From Microcoleus sp. (GTDB lineage: Bacteria > Cyanobacteriota > Cyanobacteriia > Cyanobacteriales > Microcoleaceae): a DNA stretch of 64,000 bases. The position numbers and the translations under genes are program-made. How positions within the stretch are numbered: position 1 is the first letter of the stretch; each line of letters opens with the position of its first letter. The stretch is taken from contig JAYFMW010000030.1 of assembly GCA_042408215.1 (NCBI GenBank), positions 544,001-608,000 on the forward strand. The letters run 5' to 3'. The notes beneath the pieces were generated by a model. The model ran no database searches and was not told the DNA's origin. It saw nothing but the letters and a program-made list of their open reading frames with translations. Shown one piece after another: positions 30,666 to 41,840 of the stretch.

Positions 30666-30735
30666 ACATTTATTCAGTTATTTGTTAAGCCTATCATAGC
30701 AAATATCAATCAATTATAGTTAGTATCTAGTAGAA

Positions 30736-31074
30736 TCATTGCAACACTTCCCAATCTTCCAACGAAACCGCAGGTTCAAACGGTTCATCATAATCAATAA
30801 CTGTACCGCGCAAAGGATATAGAAAAGTATTTTTCATGGTTTCATTTACCAAATTTAGATAGCTAATGAATTCTCGATATCCATCCAATTCTGTTTGTTC
30901 TTCGGAAGTTAGATTTGATGCTTGTTGTTGAGCTGTTAAAGTTTTAATTCGTTCCTGGGTTTGAATGGAAGCGCTGAATATTAAGAGTCCGTTGACTAAT
31001 TCAATGTGGACAGAACCTTCGCTGGGTAAACTGTTGGGTAAGTGAGGCAGTTTGAGGGGTAAATTAGCAATCAT
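30736..31074 (-). CDS. Hypothetical antitoxin-like protein
   Basis: LTSEEQTELDGY and a PLRGTVIDYDEPFEP..DWE tail; lies in the TA island. Confidence 0.5.
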   Translation of the reverse strand: MIANLPLKLPHLPNSLPSEGSVHIELVNGLLIFSASIQTQERIKTLTAQQQASNLTSEEQTELDGYREFISYLNLVNETMKNTFLYPLRGTVIDYDEPFEPAVSLEDWEVLQ

Positions 31075-31214
31075 GGCATTAATTGACTGTATTTAATGTT
31101 GATTTTTCAATTATACCGATCGCAGTGAAAATTAGGTTATGTTAAACTACAACTAGCCTGCCGGCGTTTTAGCGTAAGTTATAATCAAGATCGATGTGTC
31201 CGGTTAATCTCCCA

Positions 31215-31508
31215 ATGACTACACAATCTGCTTCGCGTTATGTCGCACGTCACCCTGAAATCTTGCAAGGGGAACCAATTATCGCAGGAACGAGAACTTC
31301 TGTTCGTGCGATCGTGGAATTGTGGCGTTTAGGTATTACTCCTGAAGAAATCCCGATGCACTTACCTCATCTGAAATTAGCTCAAATTTTTGACGCACTG
31401 AGCTTTTATTTGGATAACCAAGAAGAAATAAATACTTATATTGAGCGCAATCGAATTCCTGAAGAATTGATTCATCCTGCTGTGAAAGCTGCCATGAAAA
31501 AACTGTGA
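31215..31508 (+). CDS. DUF433 antitoxin-like protein
   Basis: PEILQGEPIIAGTRTSVRAI..AQIFDALSFY. Confidence 0.85.
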   Translation: MTTQSASRYVARHPEILQGEPIIAGTRTSVRAIVELWRLGITPEEIPMHLPHLKLAQIFDALSFYLDNQEEINTYIERNRIPEELIHPAVKAAMKKL

Positions 31509-31570
31509 AACTATTTGCAACTACCTTACAATAAAAATTGAAACTAATTAGGGGGTGAGCAAGAGTTATA

Positions 31571-31916
31571 ATGAAACTACCCAATGGTGATCGGGCTGAA
31601 GTTTCTCTGCAAAAGCTAGTCGGCTACTGCTTAAATCCAGAGCAATAAGAGCGGAAAACACAAAGCCAGAGTCTTTGCATCGGTTTTGGGAATCACGGCT
31701 AATAATGCAGAAGTTTTGCAAGAGCTTATTCAAAAAGCAGCCATTGAAGGTGAAGTTGTCCAAGAAAATACTACTGATTTTGGGCAACAGTTTAAAGTTG
31801 ATTGGACTATACCCGATACAGCGGGGATTGAGCTTCGGACAATCTGGGAAATTACTCGGACTAATTCTAACCCTCGTTTGATTTCAGCTTTTTTAAACCA
31901 TGATAAAAAACTTTAG
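31571..31916 (+). pseudogene. DUF6883-like protein, frameshifted near 31645
   Basis: MKLPNGDRAEVSLQKLVGYCLNPE continues in another frame as KSGKHKARVFASVLGIT..FGQQF..PRLISAF. Confidence 0.65.
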
Positions 31917-32163
31917 ACTTTTGGATTCTGTGGCGATTCTCAATCCGGTTTCAAATACGCGATTAACGCTAGTGGAACCGGAATACGAATCTGTTTCTAG
32001 TTTGCCAGTAGGACTTGTGGGAACTATTGTCGAAGTGTATGATACGGGAAAGGAATGTCAGTATTTAGTGGAGTTTTCTGATAGTCAAGGGATTGAATAT
32101 GCTATGGCTATTTTGAAGGCAGATGAAATTTTAGTTCTGCAATATGAACTTGCAGTTGCTTAG
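31900..32163 (+). CDS. DUF4926 domain protein
   Basis: LDSVAIL..GLVGTIVEV..YLVEFSDSQG. Confidence 0.8.
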   Translation: MIKNFRLLDSVAILNPVSNTRLTLVEPEYESVSSLPVGLVGTIVEVYDTGKECQYLVEFSDSQGIEYAMAILKADEILVLQYELAVA

Positions 32164-32335
32164 TAATGTGAGGGGAGTAAAAGTTCGATAAGCGCGATCG
32201 CCCTTTTGCTTATTTGGGCGAAAAGGGCGATCGCACTTTGACCAGTCCTCATAGAGGCCGACACTGAAAGTAGCATCGCACTTTGGGAAAAAAGACTATC
32301 GCCCCTAAGCATAAAAGGGGCGATACCACTACATT

Positions 32336-33097
32336 TCAAAGTGAAATACCGGGCAGTGGCAAATTAGGTAACACAGGAATAGGATCAGAAGGCTGTGGAG
32401 GTTGCCCTGGTGTATTTACAGTCCCAGGACTCTCAAGCAGTGGTTGATTAGGCAACAAAAGCCTTGTAGTTGTGATACTGGAAGCTGGAACATTATTCAG
32501 TTGGGCTAATTGTTCACCTGTGCTTCTAACACTAAGTAGGGTATTAACACCTGCGGCTTGAATCAAGATGTCACTGATATTTACACCTGCTGGTACTTGG
32601 ATGAAATCGCTCCCATTTCCAAAGTCGGTGATGATATCTAAACCGCCACCTGTTGACAGTACAAATCTATCATTTCCCAGTCCACCTGTGAGGGTATCAT
32701 TTCCCTGATCGCCTGAGAGGAAATCATCTCCTGCATCGCCAAAGAGTTGATCGTTGCCTTTACCACCAAATAAACTGTCGTTTTCGTCTCCGCCTCTAAT
32801 GATATCTTCATTGGCATCGCCTCGGATAGAGTCGCTGCCAATTCCTCCATCTACGAAATCGTTATCTTTACCACCTATCAGGGTATCGTTACCAGCACCA
32901 CCTGAAATGCTATCTTGACCTTCGTTTCCCAAAATTAATTCGCTGTCAGCAGAGCCTATGACTGTATCATTGCCACCGAGAAACCACGCGCCACCTGGAA
33001 TATTTGCTAGTTGTCCGGGGGATAGGGTGATAAATTCAGAGGTGTTATCGCCGATAAATCGAGAGATTCCGTTTACTACGTTAGGTTGTAATGCCAT
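32336..33097 (-). CDS. RTX (hemolysin-type Ca-binding) repeat protein
   Basis: Multiple GGxGND nonapeptides; DIITDF. Confidence 0.88.
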   Translation of the reverse strand: MALQPNVVNGISRFIGDNTSEFITLSPGQLANIPGGAWFLGGNDTVIGSADSELILGNEGQDSISGGAGNDTLIGGKDNDFVDGGIGSDSIRGDANEDIIRGGDENDSLFGGKGNDQLFGDAGDDFLSGDQGNDTLTGGLGNDRFVLSTGGGLDIITDFGNGSDFIQVPAGVNISDILIQAAGVNTLLSVRSTGEQLAQLNNVPASSITTTRLLLPNQPLLESPGTVNTPGQPPQPSDPIPVLPNLPLPGISL

Positions 33098-33223
33098 ATT
33101 TGACGCTTTCAAATCTGAATTGTACTGGATTTTATAAGGGTGATGGGAGATTGATCGCGGTTGAGAAAGGAAAGGGTAATCGCTCTGTTAACTATATGTT
33201 TATTTGCGAATTTCTTCTAGGAA

Positions 33224-35241
33224 TTACGCATACTCAAGACTACTATATTTCCCCCCCAATGGAACTAACCGAGAATCAAAATCTATTTTTGCTTCAAACT
33301 CAGGACCAGGACGCCAGGGCTTACCAGCAGACGAACCCATCTGGTCTAAATTAAATAGTTTGCTGATTTGGTCAGGATTTATTTCATTATTATTCTCGAT
33401 CATTTTTGCAAAAGCTGTGACAACAGCGATATGTTTATCGGTTTCGAGAAGCTGAACAACAGAATTAAATTTCAAATAAAAAGACTCATCAGCGGTATAT
33501 GCACGATCAAAATTACCTAATGCACTGCCATAAAATGCCCATGCCCACTTGGAGTAATCTGAAAAGTTCACATTTCCTTCTTGGTATCCGCCATTTGTAG
33601 TTGCAGCAGGATCTAAAGCAATGAGTTTATTGACTCCTCCGAGATCTTTAGCAGTTTGCCAAGCTACATAAGACCCTAAACTGTGACCTACTAAGTTAAT
33701 GTTGCTAGGATCTATTTTCCATTCATCGAATAGTTTCTTTTTAGTAGCATCTGCTACAGGCTCAATCCAAGAAGCTGCTTCTGATAAATTAATGCCAGCA
33801 TTAGCAGCTTTCCTCCAATCAAGAATCAATACCTGAACTCTGTCTTGATACCTATCGTATATGGCCTTGGCTAAAGACTGAATTTTATCATCATCTGAAC
33901 TATCATTAAAGCCATGAGTGAGTACCCAAGTAGGACGGTTAGCGATCTCTGATAATGGGCGACCTACAGACTTAAATTCTATAGGTTTAGACTCACTTCC
34001 CTTAGTGGCTGTACCCGAACCAGATATGGGATTAGATACTTTATCCCAAGACAGGGCAAAACTGGCTGCACCTTCTTGTTCTTTATATCCACCATAGACC
34101 CAATATTTGCCAGTAGTTCCCGGAGTAAAAGTGTATTTTTTGCCGCCGTAAGCATCATTTAACCAATTCCAATTTTGACCACTTATGTTAACCCATTGAT
34201 TCCCGTTAACGGGAAAAGCTCCTATTCTGTAAGAATCATCTGCTTTTATTGAAAACTCGTAAGTTTTACCTGCTTCAAAATCTGCTTTTGTATAGAAGTT
34301 AACTCCAAATTTATCTGAGCCAGTTAAGCCTAAATTACTAAGAGGAGCTCCATCACCCCAATTTCTGGAAATAGCGTTTCTACTACTAATAGCATTTCCG
34401 TCATTAAGAGTAAATTTATAAAATCCTTTACTTGTGATTCCTGAACTCCAATCAAAAATTTCGCCTCCCCAGTTTTGAGCATAGTAGTCATCAGCCTTCT
34501 CAATGGAAATTGTTTGCCCATTGAAGAGAACAGTCGCACTATCATTTTTATCCTTCAACCCCTGAAGATCACCCTCACTCAACTCCTTACCCTGAACAAC
34601 CCTCGCAAAAATCGCTCCCTCATCTCCCGGTGAATCCGTAACATTCAACCGCGCATCAACAGAGTGCCCTACCTCTTCCCGCAACACATCCGCGATCGCC
34701 CCCAAATTCCCCCCAGCCAATAATTCCCTCGATAAATAAATCGTATCCGTCGCCTCAGCAAAAGCCCCATTCGCCCCACCAATCTCAGCAGACGAGACAA
34801 CTTTCACCGGCGGGATATCGCTAAAATCTCCCTGAAACCATGCTTCAGCTAAGGTTTTCGCAGCCCCAGCATCCCAGTTTACCCCAAAAGGCACATTCAG
34901 CTTAGCCGCGAAATCTGGATCGGCCGCAAACTTACTCAAATCCCCATAAACCTCTGACATCGCCTGACCTGTTAGCAAATCGACAGAGCTATCCGGTAAA
35001 CTGCTGTTGGAGTCAGCGTGCTCACTGCACTAGCCATCCGGGTTAGCGCAGCGTCAGGCAAAATGATATTGTCATAGGCTTGAGGCGTTAAAGTTGGGAT
35101 ATTAACTTCCTGACCAATACCCCCCGTTAGCACAGGGTTAGCATCTAGCTTCGGGATAATAGCCTTAGTCGGTTCTAGGCTGGCATTCCAAGGAGCGATC
35201 GCACTTTCGTTATTAAATTCAGGCGTAAAAAAATTAGACAC
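33224..35241 (-). pseudogene. Secreted-type alpha/beta-hydrolase (lipase) multidomain protein, frameshift near 35020
   Basis: THGF, ILDW, GHSLG and LDPA lipase motifs; upstream EEVGH and PA14-like domains; the N-terminal 34972-35241 lies in a different frame. Confidence 0.7.
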
Positions 35242-35332
35242 GTTATTCTCCCCTGTTGATTAGAGACAAGTACATAGACTTGCCCTATGTTTGCTGAGAT
35301 TAAATAAACTGTTTGTTATCAAAGCCGATCGG

Positions 35333-35873
35333 CCGATCGCCCTGATACACCCTGAGCCCGGATGCACCGCAAAAGTAGCGGTAATTCTAGAGCTCTATTT
35401 ATCTATCAGGTTCAGTCCCCAAGTTTTATGCAAAATACTGGTCTTTTGTTACAAAACTTTACATAATCCGTTCCTGACCCTGACAGATAGTAGCTTTGAG
35501 CTGAATTAGAGCGATCGCCCTAATCCACCCTGAGCCCCGATGAACCGCAAAAGTAGCGGTAATTCTAGAGCTCTATTTATCTATCAGGTTCAGTCCCCAA
35601 GTTTTATGCAAAATACTGGTCTTTTGTTACAAAACTTTACATAATCCGTTCCTAACCCTGACAGATAGTAGGTTTGAGCTGAATTAGAGCGATCGCCCTA
35701 ATCCACCCTGAGCCCCGACGCACCGCAAAAGTAGCGGTAATTCTAGAGCTCTATTTATCTATCAGGTTCAGTCCCCAAGTTTTATGCAAAATACTGGTCT
35801 TTTGTTACAAAACTTTACCTAGCGCCCTCAGACGTTCGCATATAGTAGCTTTGAGGTAACATGAAGCGATCGC
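35333..35873. repeat. Three tandem 178-bp copies of a divergent promoter segment
   Basis: Period 178 (GTTACAAA at 35448, 35626 and 35804). Confidence 0.9.
35448..35465 (+). promoter_or_regulatory. HLR1 (RpaB-type) motif; copies at 35626 and 35804
   Basis: GTTACAAA-ac-TTTACATA fits (G/T)TTACA(T/A)(T/A)-N2-(G/T)TTACA(T/A)(T/A). Confidence 0.55.
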
Positions 35874-36012
35874 GCCTCCCGTTTATCTAAGTATCTACAC
35901 TGATAGATTTAGTCGTTAGTAAAATACTACACTAGCTAAAGCTAGCTAGCAACTAACAAACGCTAGCAATTTCGGTTATGCTATCGTTAGTCAAATCTCA
36001 ACACACCCGAAA

Positions 36013-36462
36013 ATGATACCAAAGGAAGACTTATTTACCGAAGCCGCCAAAAACTGGGACTTAGAAAGACTCTACCAAGCTTTTGCAGAAGCTAAACGGC
36101 AAATCTCACCCCGATCGCGCCGGGGACTCACAGAAACCGAAAAACTCTACCTCCGAGGCTTGCTTTCCGGTTGCAGTCCCGCCGAAATCGCTCGCCAACT
36201 CCTTCAGACTTCCAAAAGTGCAGAGGTTTATTTATGTAAAACTTTATACCAATATGTTAAAAAAATCGCAGATGTACCTAACGAACCTGTAGGAAATTGG
36301 CGCAATATTTGCGATCGGCTACAGGAAGCCGGATATCAAAGTCAGTCTTCTCCTGAATTGAAACTAAATAATTCAGTACCTACAGAAGCATTAATAAAGA
36401 TAGTTGGTATAGGTGTGATTGAGAAGAAAGTACAATATCAATGGATATCAACATTCAATTAA
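36013..36462 (+). CDS. Small HTH regulator-like protein (possible C-terminal frameshift to 36518)
   Basis: LTETEKLYLRGLLSGCSPAEIARQL..LYQYVK..NWR. Confidence 0.65.
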   Translation: MIPKEDLFTEAAKNWDLERLYQAFAEAKRQISPRSRRGLTETEKLYLRGLLSGCSPAEIARQLLQTSKSAEVYLCKTLYQYVKKIADVPNEPVGNWRNICDRLQEAGYQSQSSPELKLNNSVPTEALIKIVGIGVIEKKVQYQWISTFN

Positions 36463-36529
36463 CATTCCCCTCAACTTCAGAAACTCCAAAAACCGAAGAC
36501 TTGGATAAAAAAGACTAGATGTGTTACGG

Positions 36530-37000
36530 ATGGGGTTCAGAAACCGGGGTTTTTTCCGAAATACTTCGTTGTCACCCGCAGACTTGGTGAAACACATTCG
36601 GCTTCGCTCAGTGCTTTGTCGGAGTGCGTGGGGTTCAGAAACCGGGTTTTTTCCGAGATACTTCGTTGTTACCCACAGACTTGGTAAAAAACCCGGTTTC
36701 TTGTCGGAGTGTAAGTCCAGAAACCGGGTTTTTTCCGAAATACTTCGTTGTCACCCACAGACTTGGTAAAAAACCCGGTTTCTTGTCGGAGTGCGTGGGG
36801 TTCAGAAACCGGGTTTTTTCCGAAATACTTCGTTGTCACCCACAGACTTGGTAAAAAACCCGGTTTCTTGTCGGAGTGCGTGGGGTTCAGAAACCGGGTT
36901 TTTTCCGAGATACTTCGTTGTTACCCACAGACTTGGTAAAAAACCCGGTTTCTTGTCGGAGTGCGTGGGGTTCAGAAACCGGGTTTTTTCCGAAATACTT
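36530..37000. repeat. Tandem array of about 86-bp palindromic repeat units
   Basis: 5-6 copies of CAGAAACCGGGTTTTTTCCG..AAAAACCCGGTTTCT; explains the spurious repetitive ORFs here. Confidence 0.9.
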
Positions 37001-37029
37001 AGGATAAACCCGCCCCACCCCACCTTAAT

Positions 37030-38439
37030 TCACCGTACCAAAAAAGCCGCACACTCCACATGAGAAGTCTGAGGAAAGAAATCAGCCGGCTGTACCCGCA
37101 CTAATTTATAATCCCCATTTTCACACAAGATTTTGAGGTCACGAGCCAAAGTAGCCGGCTTACAACTAACATAAACAATCCGATTCGGTTGTATTTCCTT
37201 AATAGTTTCCAAAACCGCGCGATCGCAACCTTTACGCGGCGGATCTAACAACAGAATATCCGGCTTCACCCCCAACTGCGGCAGCAAATCTTCCACAGTT
37301 CCAACATGAAATGTCACATTTGTCAAGTCATTTAACTCAGCATTTAACTCCGCTTGGGCGATCGCCTCCCGTTGCACTTCCAAACCTATTGCTATTTGCA
37401 CTTGTTTCGCCAGCGGCAAAGTAAAAGTCCCAATCCCGCAATAAGCATCCACCAAAACCTCATTTCCCTGCAAATTCAATTCAGATGCGATCGCCTGCAA
37501 CAAACCCTCAGCCGCCTCTGTATTCACCTGAAAAAAAGTATCCGCCCTTAACTGAAAATCCAAACCAGCAAACTCTTCTCGCAGATAAGCACGACCGGCA
37601 ATGCAGCGAGTTTCTGCACCAAAAATTACATTGGTTTTCGCAGAATTGATATTCAAACAAACACCCGCAAGTTTAGGATAGCTCTTTAACCAATCAGATG
37701 CTTGCGTTTCCAATCCCGGCAAATCTCCAGTCCTAGCTATTAAAGTTAGCAGCATCTCCCCCGTGCGTCGTCCGATTCGCAAGGATAAATGACGCAATTC
37801 TCCAGTATGTTGCTTTTCATCGTACACTGGCCATTTCATCCAGTGTATGTCTTCTTTGATTTCTTTTAATAAAGGATCGAGGCGCGGATCTTGCACCGGG
37901 CACTGATTCAAATTAACTAATTTGTGAGTGCTTTTTTGATAGTAACCAGCTTGGATTTTACCAGCCGCCGATCTTGCTAAAGGATAGGTGGCTTTGTTCC
38001 GGTATCCCAAGAATTGGGGGAAATTATCTATTTTCCCCGCTAAGATTTCATCCACTCGCAAATCGCTAAAGCCACCAATTCGTTCTAAGGCTTGAATTAC
38101 TTGATTTTGCTTGGCTTTAAGCTGATAGTCATAATTTACGTGCTGCCACTGACAGCCGCCGCACTTGTCGGCGACAATACAGTTGGGTCTGATGCGGTGT
38201 TCCGATGCTTCGAGAAGTGTCTCCAGCTTGGCTGTAGCATAGGTGGATTTGACTTGTACGAGGCGGACGAGAACTCGATCGCCCGGAACCGTATCGGGTA
38301 CAAACACCACCAAGGAGTCAAAACGACCAACTCCGTCGCCTGTGTCTGCTAAGTCGGTAATCTCTATTTCAATCAGTTGACCTTGCTGGCAAGGGTTTGC
38401 TGGTTTCGGGTTGAGGATGGGGGAATTTGATTTGGTCAC
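37030..38439 (-). CDS. rlmD: 23S rRNA (uracil-1939-C5)-methyltransferase
   Basis: TRAM domain, CGGCQWQH, FFQVN, DAYCGIG, DPPRKG, YVSC, DFFPQTSHVE. Confidence 0.93.
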   Translation of the reverse strand: MTKSNSPILNPKPANPCQQGQLIEIEITDLADTGDGVGRFDSLVVFVPDTVPGDRVLVRLVQVKSTYATAKLETLLEASEHRIRPNCIVADKCGGCQWQHVNYDYQLKAKQNQVIQALERIGGFSDLRVDEILAGKIDNFPQFLGYRNKATYPLARSAAGKIQAGYYQKSTHKLVNLNQCPVQDPRLDPLLKEIKEDIHWMKWPVYDEKQHTGELRHLSLRIGRRTGEMLLTLIARTGDLPGLETQASDWLKSYPKLAGVCLNINSAKTNVIFGAETRCIAGRAYLREEFAGLDFQLRADTFFQVNTEAAEGLLQAIASELNLQGNEVLVDAYCGIGTFTLPLAKQVQIAIGLEVQREAIAQAELNAELNDLTNVTFHVGTVEDLLPQLGVKPDILLLDPPRKGCDRAVLETIKEIQPNRIVYVSCKPATLARDLKILCENGDYKLVRVQPADFFPQTSHVECAAFLVR

Positions 38440-38466
38440 AAGTAGTTGTGGTATAATTCACTATGT

Positions 38467-39700
38467 TGACACTCCCCGTCCTTTCCTGAGCGGGGATTCT
38501 TGGTTCAGCGAGACCACTTAGACTAGATACCTGGCAGCGTCTAACAAGCGAGGTGGGACTCTCCCCAAGCATTAATTTGGGTATGCCCTACCCTATTCGC
38601 ATTACTGCGGAGGGTGGCAACGAGACGAGGATTCATTGCCATAATCATGGTAAAATCCTCAGATATTGAACCGCAGAATCACAATCTAGGTCTAGATCGG
38701 AAACTTTTCATCCCACAAGTGGGGCGGGGCGTATTCCTCACTATAAAACGCCGTAGAGGTAAACAAATGTGAGTACCTTGAAGGAAGTTCTAGATATCCT
38801 TAACAGGATAGTGGAACCCAAACCATACCGCTTGCGGTTGGTGTGGGAGCGTCACACAGGTTGATTACCTTTCCTGTATAGCTGGTAAAAGTATAGTCAT
38901 CTATTACAGTGCCGTGGGAGGCGTTCAGTCCCTCCCCTTTCGCTTTCACTTCGAGCGGATTAACCCTTCTAAAGCTGAACTACGCAGCTCTCTATCAAGA
39001 GTGCTAAACGCATTTGGGATTGCTTTTCTCAAAATATTGTAAGACCCGTTAACATCGGCGTTAATCAATCGACCCTTCTGACTATATGATACTACCATTG
39101 TCTATTGATGCTTACAATCTTAATGAAGTTTTACAATACTCAATATTATCACAAAATTGGGCGGAGCGTAGCGGAGGGTTAAAACCCCGTCCTTTTAGGA
39201 CGGCTTTTGCCATTGTTAAGTAATGTAACACATCTATCTCAACAAATGAATATGGTAGAATCAGTACATCAGACAAGATTTAAAAACCTACCCCCGGACT
39301 GGGGGAAAGTCTACGCCCAAAACATTCACAGAGGAGACATGACTACGCACTTACGTGCAAACGTGGTCAGCCTGGGAACTAAGCGCCATAGGGATATTAA
39401 GACCGAAAAGTCTTAAGAATCCTATGGTCTTTAGGTCTAGGAGTGTCAACACAAAATATTGAGATCTGCTATGGGGACGCAGACAGAACTCGTCAAAGAG
39501 TCCAAATGTCGATCGAGATTCAAACTCTCGATCGCAGTTTTTGAATTTTCCCCGCAGTACCTTGGGACACAAGGAAACTGGCTTAGTTACTAAGCATAAC
39601 GCTTGCGGAGATTTATCTTCTACTTCTCTTGTTGATAAATGTTAGAATTAAGGTAAATCGCTGAACCAAGAATCTCATCTTTCAGGGATGAGAATGTCAA
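38467..39700. mobile_element. Cluster of IS605 remnants (tnpB 3' fragments and right/left ends)
   Basis: Minus-strand right end at 38467; minus-strand INADVNGSYNILRK fragment at about 38950-39085; left hairpin at 39176-39207; plus-strand right ends (..TGTCAA) near 39449 and 39700. Confidence 0.7.
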
Positions 39701-39741
39701 TTAATGTTAATCTCAAATATCCTCAAATTTTTTGAATAACA

Positions 39742-40227
39742 ATGAGCGTAGTTAGCCAACTAATTCTCCAAGCCGACGATGAACTTCGCTATCCCAGTAC
39801 CGGCGAACTTCAAAGCATCAAAGATTTCTTGAAAACGGGCGAACAGCGGGTACGCATTGCTACTGCGCTTTCTGACAGTGAGAGAAAAATTGTTGATGAA
39901 GCTAGCAAAAAACTCTGGAAAAAGCGCCCTGACTTTATCTCCCCCGGAGGTAATGCTTACGGTCAACGCGAACGGGCTTTGTGTCTGCGCGACTACGGCT
40001 GGTATTTGCGCCTGATTACCTATGGTATCTTGGCGGGTGACAAGGAGCCGATCGAAAGTATTGGTTTGATTGGCGTTCGGGAAATGTACAATTCTCTGGG
40101 CGTTCCTGTTCCTGGAATGGTGGAAGCTATCCGCTGTTTGAAGGAAGCTTCTTTGGCTTTGCTCAATCAGGATGATGCGAAGGAAGCTGCTCCTTATTTT
40201 GATTATATCGCTCAGGCCATGTCCTAA
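39742..40227 (+). CDS. apcD: Allophycocyanin alpha-B subunit
   Basis: [36 protein letters not shown]. Confidence 0.93.
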   Translation: MSVVSQLILQADDELRYPSTGELQSIKDFLKTGEQRVRIATALSDSERKIVDEASKKLWKKRPDFISPGGNAYGQRERALCLRDYGWYLRLITYGILAGDKEPIESIGLIGVREMYNSLGVPVPGMVEAIRCLKEASLALLNQDDAKEAAPYFDYIAQAMS

Positions 40228-40343
40228 TTGCTTTTGTGGCCGATGTGGCGAAGCATTTGCGCGTGATTTTGGGGTGAATTTGTCTCGCAATTACTCGTGA
40301 ATGTTTCGCTTCTGTTTGGTTCGGGAAATCTGCTTGATTTCTA

Positions 40344-40727
40344 TTAGGAAGCGCAAGTTTTCAAAGTTTCCCAAATTTCCAGAGTGTCTTGGCGTTGAAT
40401 GCACATTTGTCGCAAAAAGTCAAGGGTTTTTTGGCAATATTGTTTTTTGAATTTGCGGCTGTCCTGTTGAATGGATGTGGCGAGTTGCGAGAGTTCCGAG
40501 AGGTTGGGGCAATTTTGGATCTGGTGGGCGATCGCATTTCGCCATTCTTCCAGCCTGCGGTACGAGATAAATTGTCCGCCTCGATCGCGCCGATGCACAA
40601 ACACCACATTAGCCCAAGATTCCACTCGCTTAATTAGATTTTGGGGGATTTTGAGCATTTGGGCGATCGACCTCACGGTGATGCGGAGCTTTTTCGAGGG
40701 TTGGATGCGACGAAATAGTGGTGTCAT
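40344..40727 (-). CDS. Conserved 127-aa hypothetical protein, copy 1
   Basis: Three near-identical copies with an intact frame. Confidence 0.75.
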   Translation of the reverse strand: MTPLFRRIQPSKKLRITVRSIAQMLKIPQNLIKRVESWANVVFVHRRDRGGQFISYRRLEEWRNAIAHQIQNCPNLSELSQLATSIQQDSRKFKKQYCQKTLDFLRQMCIQRQDTLEIWETLKTCAS

Positions 40728-40845
40728 GGCTGCTGGTCGAGCGTTGATGCTAACATTGTAACAAAAATAATGAAAGTTGCCAACTTAAAAATCGAAACTA
40801 GAATCAGGCATGGTAACTTAGCTGTATGCAGATAGGGGATGACTA

Positions 40846-41226
40846 ATGGTTGTAGCAGAAGCTAAACGAGAAAAAGAATACTTAAGACGAAGATTTACTG
40901 ATACCGGGCTGCGGCGGTTGGGTAAATTGCTGCGATCGTGGCGGGAAGCTAGGGGCTGGAGCGTTCACGAATTGAGCGAACAGACCAAGCAGCATGAGGC
41001 TCAATTTTACATTCTGGGGGGAGAGCCTTTGCCGAAACTTTTGGGGGTCAGCATTGCAGGGATTTCGAGAATCGAAAATGGCTATTACAACAAGCCAGCA
41101 CCGGATCTTTTGTGGCTGTTTCTCGATGTTCTCGAACCAGTGCACCCAGTAGAGCAGCGCTTGCTTACTTTGGAAGACTTACTGTTGATCGGAACAGAAT
41201 TTTGGAACCCAAACGTTGAGGCCTAG
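40846..41226 (+). CDS. XRE-family HTH regulator 1
   Basis: LGKLLRSWREARGWS..SIAGISRIENG. Confidence 0.8.
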   Translation: MVVAEAKREKEYLRRRFTDTGLRRLGKLLRSWREARGWSVHELSEQTKQHEAQFYILGGEPLPKLLGVSIAGISRIENGYYNKPAPDLLWLFLDVLEPVHPVEQRLLTLEDLLLIGTEFWNPNVEA

Positions 41227-41268
41227 GAGTGTCAAATATTGGTCAACAGGAAAGGCGCTAATTCCTGT

Positions 41269-41652
41269 TTAAGATGCCACACTGTTCAAAGTTTCCCAAC
41301 TTTCGAGAGTGTCTTGGCGTTGAATGCACATTTGTCGCAAAAAGTCAAGGGTTTTTTGGCAATATTGTTTTTTGAATTTGCGGCTGTCCTGTTGAATCGA
41401 TGTGGCGAGTTGCGAGAGTTCCGAGAGGTTGGGGGAAGTTTGGATCTGGTGGGCGATCGCATTTTGCCATTCTTCCAGCCTGCGGTACGAGATAAATTGT
41501 CCGCCTCGATCGCGCCGATGCACAAACACCACATTAGCCCAAGATTCCACTCGCTTAATTAGATTTTGGGGGATTTTCAGGAGTCGGGCGATCGACCTCA
41601 CGGTGATGCGGAGCTTTTTCGATGGTTGAATCCGGCGAAATAGTGGTGTCAT
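41269..41652 (-). CDS. Conserved 127-aa hypothetical protein, copy 2
   Basis: About 9 aa differences from copy 1. Confidence 0.75.
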   Translation of the reverse strand: MTPLFRRIQPSKKLRITVRSIARLLKIPQNLIKRVESWANVVFVHRRDRGGQFISYRRLEEWQNAIAHQIQTSPNLSELSQLATSIQQDSRKFKKQYCQKTLDFLRQMCIQRQDTLESWETLNSVAS

Positions 41653-41840
41653 GGCTGTATACTTTGGGTTGAAGACAGAAGTTTGTGTGTTTCTGAATTA
41701 GATTTTACGACATATCAGACTCTTATTGCACTTGTGCAAGGAATTTATTTAAATAAAACTATATTTAAACTCGGATGTCGATCGTGCAATCCTCAATCGT
41801 TGGTACTGTCCTAGTTTGAGAGTTAAGGTAGGTGGGAAAA

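Noticed and set aside
36521..37063. Repetitive ORFs / possible CRISPR array
   Set aside because: Tandem palindromic repeat units with near-identical intervening sequence; the ORFs are by-products
39760..40290. 176-aa minus-strand ORF
   Set aside because: Antisense shadow of apcD
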